DNA of 32,453 nucleotides from Chloroflexota bacterium (lineage in GTDB: Bacteria > Chloroflexota > Anaerolineae > Anaerolineales > Villigracilaceae). The stretch's first letter is position 1. Each line of letters starts with the position of its first letter. The stretch is taken from NCBI GenBank assembly GCA_041301835.1, contig JBFYSG010000003.1:1-32453 (forward strand), given 5' to 3'. The position numbers and the translations under genes were made by a program. The notes under the pieces are model-generated. The model did no database searches. It saw only the letters and a program-made list of their open reading frames with translations, and had not been told where the DNA came from. Shown one piece after another: positions 7,380 to 14,219 of this stretch.

Positions 7380-8039
7380 CTACACTTCCAACTGGTAACC
7401 CACCCCGCGCACGGTCTTTAGAAATACCGGTTCATTGGGATCCGCCTCGATCGCCCGGCGCAGCCAGGAGATGTGCACGTCCAGCGTGCGGGTATCATCG
7501 GTGTAATCCGTTTCCCAGACCTGTGAGAACAGCCACTTGCGTTCGCACACTTCGCCGCGGTGTTCGATCAATAGGCTCAGCAGCCGCAGCAGGCGCGGGG
7601 TCAGGCGGGTGCGCTTGCCCTGGCAGCGGACGATGTGTTTTTCCAGGTCGAGGTGGATCGATCCGGCGTGCAGGCTCCTGCGGCTCTCACCCGGCAGGAG
7701 GTGGCGGATGCGATTCTGCAACTTCTGCGCGGTGAACGGCAGGGTCAGCACGATCTCGGCATCCGTCTTTTCAACCTCGTGGTCGGGGTCCAGGATCAGC
7801 AGGATGGGGAGCGAATCGCTCGCCTCATGGATCGCCTGGCAGATGCGTTTCCCGGTCGTGCGCAGGGTAGCCGCATTGACGACTGCCACGTCGGGCATGA
7901 AACCGTTGCCCACGCGTTTGACCGCCTCACTGCCGCTCGATACCTGTTCGACGGTGAAACCCTTTTTTCGCAGTGCCGGGGTGAATCCGGGATACTCTGC
8001 GTGCTTTCCCTCAATGATCAAAAGTATCGCGTCTTCCAT
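7380..8039 (-). CDS. OmpR/PhoB-family winged-helix regulator with a degenerate (pseudo-)receiver domain
   Basis: The C-terminal region 'LTPRLLRLLSLLIEHRGEV...TLDVHISWLRRAIE...LKTVRGVGYQLE' is a typical Trans_reg_C domain. The N-terminal receiver fold has the conserved acidic pocket, phospho-Asp and Lys replaced (details in findings). No histidine kinase gene is adjacent. Confidence 0.85.
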   Translation of the reverse strand: MEDAILLIIEGKHAEYPGFTPALRKKGFTVEQVSSGSEAVKRVGNGFMPDVAVVNAATLRTTGKRICQAIHEASDSLPILLILDPDHEVEKTDAEIVLTLPFTAQKLQNRIRHLLPGESRRSLHAGSIHLDLEKHIVRCQGKRTRLTPRLLRLLSLLIEHRGEVCERKWLFSQVWETDYTDDTRTLDVHISWLRRAIEADPNEPVFLKTVRGVGYQLEV

Positions 8040-8048
8040 AATAAGTCC

Positions 8049-8071
8049 TTAACATTATACACCAATGTTAA
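8049..8071. repeat. Perfect 8-bp inverted repeat (TTAACATT-N7-AATGTTAA) just upstream of the regulator start; candidate operator
   Basis: The left arm is at 8049-8056 and the right arm at 8064-8071. It sits 10 nt from the ATG (8039, minus strand) in the divergent intergenic region. Confidence 0.35.
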
Positions 8072-8147
8072 AAAATTGCACGTGACCAAAGTACCACCAG
8101 GCGGCAGTTTTTCCGATCCGCAGCCACCGCCGGCAGGATTTGCCACC

Positions 8148-8176
8148 TTCCCACTCCTGCCCGCTTCTGGTAAAAT
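8148..8176 (+). promoter_or_regulatory. Candidate promoter for rplI (TTCCCA, 17-nt spacer, TAAAAT with extended TG)
   Basis: The extended -10 TGGTAAAAT is at 8168-8176. A weak -35 TTCCCA is at 8148-8153. This would give a leader of about 50 nt. Confidence 0.3.
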
Positions 8177-8235
8177 CAGCGCCCGGAGTGTTGTACCCTT
8201 CACTCCCAATCCACTTTGAAAGAAGGGCTTGAATC

Positions 8236-8772
8236 ATGAAGGTTTTGCTCGTCAAGGATGTTTACAAACTGGGACGCGCCGGCGATGTCAAGAAAGTCGC
8301 CGATGGCTACGGGCGCAACTTCCTGCTCCCGCAAGGCATGGCAGTACTCGCCACCCCGGGCGCGCTCAAGACTGCGGACCGCATCCGCAATAAAGCCTCC
8401 GAACGTCGCATTGTGATGAACGAGGAGATGGGCGTGGTTGCAGAGGCGCTGTCCAAAGTCCAACTCACCTTTGGCGCCCGCGCCGGTGAGACCGGCAAAC
8501 TCTACGGCTCGATCACCTCGCAGGATGTGGCAGATCAGATCCAGGAGAAGAGCGGCGTGGTCATCAAGCGCCAGCAGATCGATATGCAGCCCCTGCGCAC
8601 GCTGGGCGAGCATGCCATCCGCATCCGCCTGACCATGGACCTGATCCCGGAACTCAAGGTGACCGTCTTCCGCGAAGGCGAAGCAGAACCCAGCCTGCCG
8701 ATCGAACCGGAGCAGGAAGCCGCCCCGGTCGCCGAGGCGCCCGCCCCGGAAGAGCCGGCTCCCGAAGCCTGA
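8236..8772 (+). CDS. rplI: 50S ribosomal protein L9, with a Pro/Ala/Glu-rich C-terminal tail
   Basis: The N-terminus 'MKVLLVKDVYKLGRAGDVKKVADGYGRNFLLPQGMA' is the canonical L9 signature. Confidence 0.95.
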   Translation: MKVLLVKDVYKLGRAGDVKKVADGYGRNFLLPQGMAVLATPGALKTADRIRNKASERRIVMNEEMGVVAEALSKVQLTFGARAGETGKLYGSITSQDVADQIQEKSGVVIKRQQIDMQPLRTLGEHAIRIRLTMDLIPELKVTVFREGEAEPSLPIEPEQEAAPVAEAPAPEEPAPEA

Positions 8773-8793
8773 TCCCCGGCATACAACCTGAGC

Positions 8794-8829
8794 ACATCAC
8801 CGGTACGATGGGGGACCGGTGATGTTTTA
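8794..8829 (+). terminator. Intrinsic terminator after rplI
   Basis: Perfect 11-bp stem: acatcaccggt (8794-8804) pairs with accggtgatgt (8815-8825). It is followed by TTTAT. Confidence 0.7.
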
Positions 8830-8833
8830 TAAT
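8828..8833 (+). promoter_or_regulatory. -10 box TATAAT placed 7 nt upstream of the ATG at 8841 (possible leaderless transcript)
   Basis: TATAATCCC is at 8828-8836 and no Shine-Dalgarno lies between it and the ATG. The same TATAATCCC string recurs at 11682 (+) and 22211 (-). Confidence 0.35.
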
Positions 8834-8840
8834 CCCACCC

Positions 8841-10280
8841 ATGCCCGAAACGATCGGTCAGCAACTCAAACAAGCCCGCCTGGCTCGCAACCTGAGCCTG
8901 GAGGAGGTTGTGCGCGCCACCCGCATCCGGGTAAATGCAATCACCGCCCTCGAAGCGGACGATTTTGATTCGCTGCCTTCTCCCACCCAGGCACGCGGCT
9001 TCCTGAAGATCTACGCCACCTACCTGGGACTGATCCTGGAAGACCTGTTCGCCCGCCAGCGCGGCGATGCGCCCGCCGAAACCCCACCACCGGTAGCAGA
9101 AGCAGATTCCACCAACCCGGCGGATGGCGGGAAGCCGGAACCGGCGGCAGGATCGAAACCCGCCCCCCGCCGCCGCCGCAAGACCGTCCTCCAGCCTGCC
9201 GAAGCGGATGCGATCGCAGCACCTACCCCGCCGACCGCACCCGACCTGCCAGCTGAACCCACCCCTGCCGAGGTCGCGCAGGCTCCCGCGCCGACCGAGC
9301 CTGCGCCTGCAGCCTCGCAGGTGCTGTTCGATGCCATCGGCAGCCGCCTGCGCCAGCAGCGCGAGAACCTGAGCCTGAGCCTGGAAGAGATCGAACGTCA
9401 TACCCACGTCCGCCGCCGCTACCTCGAAATACTGGAAGCCGGTCAATTCGCGCTTCTGCCCTCCTCGGTGCAGGCGCGCGGCATGCTGCAAAACTATGCC
9501 CGCTTCCTGGATATGGACGTGGATGCCTTGCTGCTGACGTTCGCCGATGGACTGCAAGCCCTGCTCGCCGAACGTCAGCCCAAGCCGGAGGTCGAAGCGG
9601 GCAGGCAGAAACGACCGGCGTTCCAATTCGCGCTGCCTCCCGCCCTGCGCCGGGTGCTCACGCCCGACCTGCTGGTGGGCGGTGGAGTGCTCCTGCTCCT
9701 GGTCCTGTTCGCCATCTGGGGAACCGGGCGCATCGTCCAGCAGAACGCTGCCTTCACGCCCCAACCGACCGCCCCGTCCATCTCGAACATCCTGCTTGCC
9801 ACGCCGCTGCCGGGTGACTCGACACCAACCGGAACGCCTGCTGCCGGGACCGCCCCACCTGCCACCGGCTCCGCGCCGACGCTGGAGATCATACTTCCTC
9901 CCGCCGGGGATGGACCCGTGCAGGTGGTGCTGGTTGCCCTGCGCAGCGTTTGGGTCAAGGTTCTGGTCGATTTCGAGGTGGCGTTTGAAGGGCGCGCCAG
10001 CCCAGGAACCGCCTACGCCTTTGATGCCGACACCCAGATCGAAGTGATCAGCGGGGATGGCTCGGCGGTAAGCATCATCTACAACCTGTCTGACCTGGGC
10101 GCCATGGGCGCCTACGGTGAGTTGGTGGACCGCATCTACACCGCCACCACGATCCTCATCCCCACCGCCACCTTTACCCCGACCGCCACCGTGACCCCCA
10201 CGCCCACCCGCACCCTGCGCCCGAGCGCCACAACCCGCCCGACCAACACGCAGGTTCCCCCAGCGACCCTGATCCCCTAG
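8841..10280 (+). CDS. RodZ-like membrane protein with two XRE-type HTH modules, one TM segment and a DUF4115-like C-terminal domain
   Basis: There are two copies of the RodZ N-terminal pattern: 'LKQARLARNLSLEEVVRATRIRVNAITALEADDFDSLPSPTQARGFLKIYATYLGL' and 'LRQQRENLSLSLEEIERHTHVRRRYLEILEAGQFALLPSSVQARGMLQNYARFLDMD'. The TM segment is 'LLVGGGVLLLLVLFAIWG'. The C-terminal block is 'VQVVLVALRSVWVKVLVD...'. Linkers are rich in Pro/Thr/Ala. Confidence 0.75.
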   Translation: MPETIGQQLKQARLARNLSLEEVVRATRIRVNAITALEADDFDSLPSPTQARGFLKIYATYLGLILEDLFARQRGDAPAETPPPVAEADSTNPADGGKPEPAAGSKPAPRRRRKTVLQPAEADAIAAPTPPTAPDLPAEPTPAEVAQAPAPTEPAPAASQVLFDAIGSRLRQQRENLSLSLEEIERHTHVRRRYLEILEAGQFALLPSSVQARGMLQNYARFLDMDVDALLLTFADGLQALLAERQPKPEVEAGRQKRPAFQFALPPALRRVLTPDLLVGGGVLLLLVLFAIWGTGRIVQQNAAFTPQPTAPSISNILLATPLPGDSTPTGTPAAGTAPPATGSAPTLEIILPPAGDGPVQVVLVALRSVWVKVLVDFEVAFEGRASPGTAYAFDADTQIEVISGDGSAVSIIYNLSDLGAMGAYGELVDRIYTATTILIPTATFTPTATVTPTPTRTLRPSATTRPTNTQVPPATLIP

Positions 10281-10317
10281 GCAGCGTTCGCCAAACGTCG
10301 GAGATCCCCCGAGCGGT

Positions 10318-11673
10318 ATGATGAAAAAAACCTTCCACATGGTCTCGCTGGGCTGCGCCAAGAACACGGTCGATTCCGATTCGATGGCGCAGCTGCTCGA
10401 GCGCGATGGTTATCAGCAGGTCAGCACACCCGGGAAAGCCGCTGTGCTGATCGTCAATACCTGCGGCTTCATCGCCGCGGCGCGCCAAGAATCCTACACC
10501 GCCCTGCGCCTGTTGGCAGAGAAGAAACGCCCGGGTCAGGTGCTGGTCGCGGCGGGCTGCCTGACCCAGCGCTACGGGGAGGAAGTTGCCCGCCAGGTCC
10601 CGGGCGTGGACGGCATCCTCGGCACACGCCGTTGGATGGATATCCTCACCGTCATCCACTCCCTGCGCGACGGGCTCACCCCGGCGCCCGTCTATCACCT
10701 CCCCGAGACCGCCAGCATCGGCAGGGATGAATTGGGGATCCTGCGCGCCTCGGTGCATGGCGCCTCGGCATTCCTCAAGATCGCCGACGGATGCCGCCGC
10801 CCCTGCGCCTTCTGCGCCATCCCGCTCATCAAGGGCACCCTCGTCAGCCGACCGCCGGAGACGCTGCTGGCGGAAGCGCGGCTGCTGGTCTCCTCGGGGG
10901 TGCGTGAGTTGAACCTCATCGCCCAGGATACGACCGATTACGGCTCCGACCTGGGCAGGAAGGACGGACTTGCCAACCTGCTGGCATCCCTGACCGCCGA
11001 ACTCGCCCCAACCCCGCCCGGAAGCGCCACCACCGGTCTGGACTGGATCCGCATCCTGTATGCCTACCCGGGCGCCATCTCGGAGCGCCTGATCGACCTG
11101 ATGGCAGCCCGCCCGCAGATCCTACCCTACCTCGACCTGCCCCTGCAGCACGCTCACCCCGACACGCTCAAGCGCATGGCGCGCCCGGCGAATATGGACT
11201 GGGTGCACAAGACCCTTGAACACATGCGTGCAACCATCCCGGGGCTTGCCGTGCGCACGACCTTCATCGTCGGGTATCCCGGGGAGACGGAGGCGGAATT
11301 CCAGGCACTGCTGGATTTCGTCCAGGAGATGCGCTTCGACCGTGTGGGCACGTTCCAATTCTCCTTCGAGGAAGGCACTCCCTCGGCACCGCTGGGCGAC
11401 CCCGTGCCTGCCGAGGTCAAGCAGGAACGCTATAACCGCCTGATGGAAGCCCAGCAGGCGATCTCTCTGCAGATCAACCAGGCATGGGTCGGCAGGAGCC
11501 TGGATGTGCTGATCGAAGGCGGGAACCAGGGCATATCGGTTGGTCGTTCCTACCGTGATGCGCCCGAGATCGATGGCTATGTGCTGGTGGAGCAGGAACT
11601 GCCCCCCGGCAGTTTGCTGCCCGTCAGGGTCACAGGGGCATGGTCGTATGACCTGGTGGGCATGCCAGCCTGA
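10318..11673 (+). CDS. rimO: Ribosomal protein S12 methylthiotransferase RimO (radical SAM with TRAM domain)
   Basis: The N-terminus 'VSLGCAKNTVDSDSMAQLL' and the radical-SAM cluster 'ADGCRRPCAFCAIP' are present. A C-terminal TRAM-like segment follows: 'GRSLDVLIEG...GRSYRDAPEIDGYV'. Confidence 0.88.
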   Translation: MMKKTFHMVSLGCAKNTVDSDSMAQLLERDGYQQVSTPGKAAVLIVNTCGFIAAARQESYTALRLLAEKKRPGQVLVAAGCLTQRYGEEVARQVPGVDGILGTRRWMDILTVIHSLRDGLTPAPVYHLPETASIGRDELGILRASVHGASAFLKIADGCRRPCAFCAIPLIKGTLVSRPPETLLAEARLLVSSGVRELNLIAQDTTDYGSDLGRKDGLANLLASLTAELAPTPPGSATTGLDWIRILYAYPGAISERLIDLMAARPQILPYLDLPLQHAHPDTLKRMARPANMDWVHKTLEHMRATIPGLAVRTTFIVGYPGETEAEFQALLDFVQEMRFDRVGTFQFSFEEGTPSAPLGDPVPAEVKQERYNRLMEAQQAISLQINQAWVGRSLDVLIEGGNQGISVGRSYRDAPEIDGYVLVEQELPPGSLLPVRVTGAWSYDLVGMPA

Positions 11674-11678
11674 GGCTT

Positions 11679-11687
11679 TGTTATAAT
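11679..11687 (+). promoter_or_regulatory. Extended -10 (TGtTATAAT) 7 nt upstream of the ATG at 11695 (possible leaderless transcript)
   Basis: TG is at 11679-11680 and TATAAT at 11682-11687, followed by CCC. It lies directly after the rimO stop (11671-11673). No SD lies before the ATG. Confidence 0.4.
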
Positions 11688-11694
11688 CCCTGTC

Positions 11695-12972
11695 ATGAAC
11701 TCGCGCGCACGTCTTGCCCTGGGGGTGAATATCACCGTGCTGGGCTTCCTGCTGGCATTATCGCTTTCCGCCAGCGGGGCGCTCCTGCCCACGGAGCCCC
11801 AGGAGCGCCTGCGTTCCTACACCCGCGCGCTGGAGTTCGATTATTTTACCTGGACGCTGGATGCGCTGTGGGGCAAACTTGTCCAGGCGACCCTGGATAC
11901 CCCCGCCTACTTCGACCAGGACCAGCAAAGGCAGATCGTCAGCGATTACCTGCAATTGATGGATGAGATCCTGCAAGCCGAGTACCAGCTGAACCTGCTC
12001 TACACCGATCCATCCATCTCCTCGCCAGACTCCGCCTCCGCCGGGCTGCGTGAACAGTTGGACGGGCTTTACCGGCGCCAGCAGGCGCTCCAGCCCTTCG
12101 CCGAAGCCGTGCTCGAAATGCAGGTCTCGGAGATCCTTGCCGACCTGGACCTGACCCGTTTGGGGCAGCCCATTCCACCGGTACTCTTCCATATCAGCCC
12201 CCTGCCTTATAACCTGGTCATCTCCCCGCGCGGCAGCATCCAGCAGGAAGCCGTCATCTCGCTCATCCCCGACCTGACGGTTGACCGCCAGGCGGCGCTG
12301 GAGGATAAGGTTGCCTCCGGCATGGATGTCTCGGCGCTGGTTGTGCCAGTCGGCGGCATCGGTTCGTATCCCACCATGGTCATGCGCACCACCTCGCTGG
12401 AATGGCTTGCCGACACCATCGCCCATGAATGGATCCACAACTGGCTCAGCCTGCACCCGTTGGGTTTTAATTACGACCTCTCGCCTGAACTTCGCACGAT
12501 GAATGAGACCACCGCCTCCATCGCCGGAGGCGAGATCGCCAGCCTGCTCCTGGCGCGCTTCCACCCGCAACTGGCACAAGCCTATGCTTTGCTGCCTGTC
12601 AGCCTATCGGCGGGTCCGCTGCCCCCCGGTTCCTTCCCGCGCCCGGTCTTCGATTTCCGCCAGGAAATGCACACCACCAGGGTGCAGGTGGATGACCTGC
12701 TCGCCCGTGGCGAGATCGAGGCAGCGGAGGCATACATGGAAGCCCGCCGCCAGGTCTTCTGGGACAACGGCTATATCATCCGCAAACTGAACCAGGCATA
12801 CTTTGCCTTCTACGGCGCCTATGCCGATGCCCCCGGGGGCGCCGCCGGGGAGGACCCGGTGGGACCGGCTGTGCGCCTTTTGCGCGAGAACAGCGCCAGC
12901 CTCACTGAATTTCTCAAGACCATGGCAGGTTTTTCCTCCTATGAAGACCTCAGGAAGGCGGTCAGCCCATGA
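11695..12972 (+). CDS. Membrane-anchored hypothetical protein with an HExxH motif (putative Zn-metallopeptidase-like)
   Basis: The N-terminal signal anchor is 'LALGVNITVLGFLLALSLSASGA'. There is a single 'IAHEWIHNW' HExxH motif. I recognise no other family signature. Confidence 0.6.
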   Translation: MNSRARLALGVNITVLGFLLALSLSASGALLPTEPQERLRSYTRALEFDYFTWTLDALWGKLVQATLDTPAYFDQDQQRQIVSDYLQLMDEILQAEYQLNLLYTDPSISSPDSASAGLREQLDGLYRRQQALQPFAEAVLEMQVSEILADLDLTRLGQPIPPVLFHISPLPYNLVISPRGSIQQEAVISLIPDLTVDRQAALEDKVASGMDVSALVVPVGGIGSYPTMVMRTTSLEWLADTIAHEWIHNWLSLHPLGFNYDLSPELRTMNETTASIAGGEIASLLLARFHPQLAQAYALLPVSLSAGPLPPGSFPRPVFDFRQEMHTTRVQVDDLLARGEIEAAEAYMEARRQVFWDNGYIIRKLNQAYFAFYGAYADAPGGAAGEDPVGPAVRLLRENSASLTEFLKTMAGFSSYEDLRKAVSP

Positions 12973-14216
12973 TGCACACCCGCTCAGCGCGGCGCAGCGA
13001 CCGGTCGCGCCAGTCCCTGCCCGGCGCACACCTGCCCACGGCAGCCCTGCCCACGGCAGCCCTGCTCACGGCAGCCCTGGTGCTGATCCTTGCAGCCTGT
13101 GCCCCGACGACACCCGCCCCGCTTGCCCCCTCGCCCACACCCAGCCCCACCCCGTTTGAAATGGAATGCACCATCCTGCCCTATGCGCTGGATGTATCTG
13201 CCACCATGTCTGCCTTCATCGATGAATCGGCGCACGTCAGGGGTCGGCAGGATGCGCCCGTCACCATGCTGGTCTTCACCGACTTCCAGTGCTCGGGCTG
13301 CGCCGTGCTGGCGGATGCCATCACCCAGGTGCAGGCGGACCACCCGGACGACCTGCGCCTGATCGTCCGCTACCTTCCGGACACCGGCGATAAAAGCCTG
13401 CTTGCCATGCAAGCGGCGGAAGCCGCCCACCTGCAGGGCATGTTCTGGGAGATGTACGCGCTGCTCTTCACCCGCCAGCCCGAATGGTACGCGCTTGCCC
13501 CGGCGGATTTTCCCGCCTGGTTGGGGGAACAGGCGGATGACTTGGGACTGGATGCTGCCCGTTTCCTATCAGACATGTCCGGCGAGGAAGTACAGGCGCG
13601 CCTGCAGGCGGTGATCGATACCGCCGCCACGCTGACCTTAAGCCCGCCCCTGCTGTACCTGAACAGCACCTCGCCCTACAGCGGCATGGCGGATGCCTCC
13701 AGCCTCGACCAGATGGTGCGCCTTGCCATGCTGGAGGCGGATAAATTCCACACCTGCCCGCGCTGGGTGATCGATCCGCAAAAGGAATACCTTGCCACGC
13801 TCGACACCACGCGCGGCGAGGTCGTGCTCCAACTATTCCCACAGAAAGCCCTGCTGGCGGTGAACAACTTCATCTTCCTGGCGCGCGCAGGCTGGTATGA
13901 TGGCATCACCTTCCACCGCACCGAGGCGGATTTTGTCATCCAAACCGGAGACCCCTCCGCCACGGGCTACGGCAACCCCGGCTACTACTTCTCCAGCGAA
14001 TTAGCCCCCGACCTGACCTTTGACACCGCCGGCATGCTGGCAATGGCGAACGTCGGTCAGGATACCAACGGCAGTCAATTCTTCATCAACCTTGCGCCCA
14101 CCCCGCAGTTGAATGGGCAGTTCACGATCTTCGGTCAGGTGCTCTCCGGGCTGGAAGTGCTGCAGAGCCTCTCTGCCGGGGAAGCGCTCATCCATGTGAC
14201 GATCGATGAAAGGTAG
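12969..14216 (+). CDS. Lipoprotein fusing a DsbA-like thioredoxin-fold domain (CSGC) to a cyclophilin-type peptidyl-prolyl isomerase
   Basis: The lipobox is 'LILAAC'. The thioredoxin-type region is 'APVTMLVFTDFQCSGCAVL'. The C-terminal cyclophilin signature is 'NNFIFLARAGWYDGITFHR...VIQTGDP...GMLAMAN...TNGSQFFI...FTIFGQV'. The start overlaps the upstream stop (ATGA). Confidence 0.85.
   Translation: MMHTRSARRSDRSRQSLPGAHLPTAALPTAALLTAALVLILAACAPTTPAPLAPSPTPSPTPFEMECTILPYALDVSATMSAFIDESAHVRGRQDAPVTMLVFTDFQCSGCAVLADAITQVQADHPDDLRLIVRYLPDTGDKSLLAMQAAEAAHLQGMFWEMYALLFTRQPEWYALAPADFPAWLGEQADDLGLDAARFLSDMSGEEVQARLQAVIDTAATLTLSPPLLYLNSTSPYSGMADASSLDQMVRLAMLEADKFHTCPRWVIDPQKEYLATLDTTRGEVVLQLFPQKALLAVNNFIFLARAGWYDGITFHRTEADFVIQTGDPSATGYGNPGYYFSSELAPDLTFDTAGMLAMANVGQDTNGSQFFINLAPTPQLNGQFTIFGQVLSGLEVLQSLSAGEALIHVTIDER
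13035..13079 (+). repeat. 15-nt tandem repeat x3 (cccacggcagccctg) encoding PTAAL repeats in the signal-peptide n/h-region
   Basis: The units lie at 13035-13049, 13050-13064 and 13065-13079. Units 1 and 2 are identical and unit 3 has one mismatch. Confidence 0.9.
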
Positions 14217-14219
14217 ATC

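Noticed and set aside
6149-8039. Methyltransferase plus neighbour as a restriction-modification or other defence system
   Set aside because: The only neighbour is a winged-helix regulator. No ORF has endonuclease (PD-(D/E)xK, HNH), helicase or ATPase motifs within several kb on either side.
8535-10367. 610-aa ORF on the minus strand
   Set aside because: It lies antisense to rplI, the RodZ-like gene and the rimO start. Its translation is Gly/Arg/Ala-rich low complexity with no motifs, the typical shadow ORF of a GC-rich genome. The plus-strand genes have clear family signatures.
13035-13079. Possible CRISPR-like or minisatellite array
   Set aside because: There are only three 15-nt units with no spacers, and they sit in frame inside a coding region. 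This is not a CRISPR array. I kept it only as an in-frame tandem-repeat observation.
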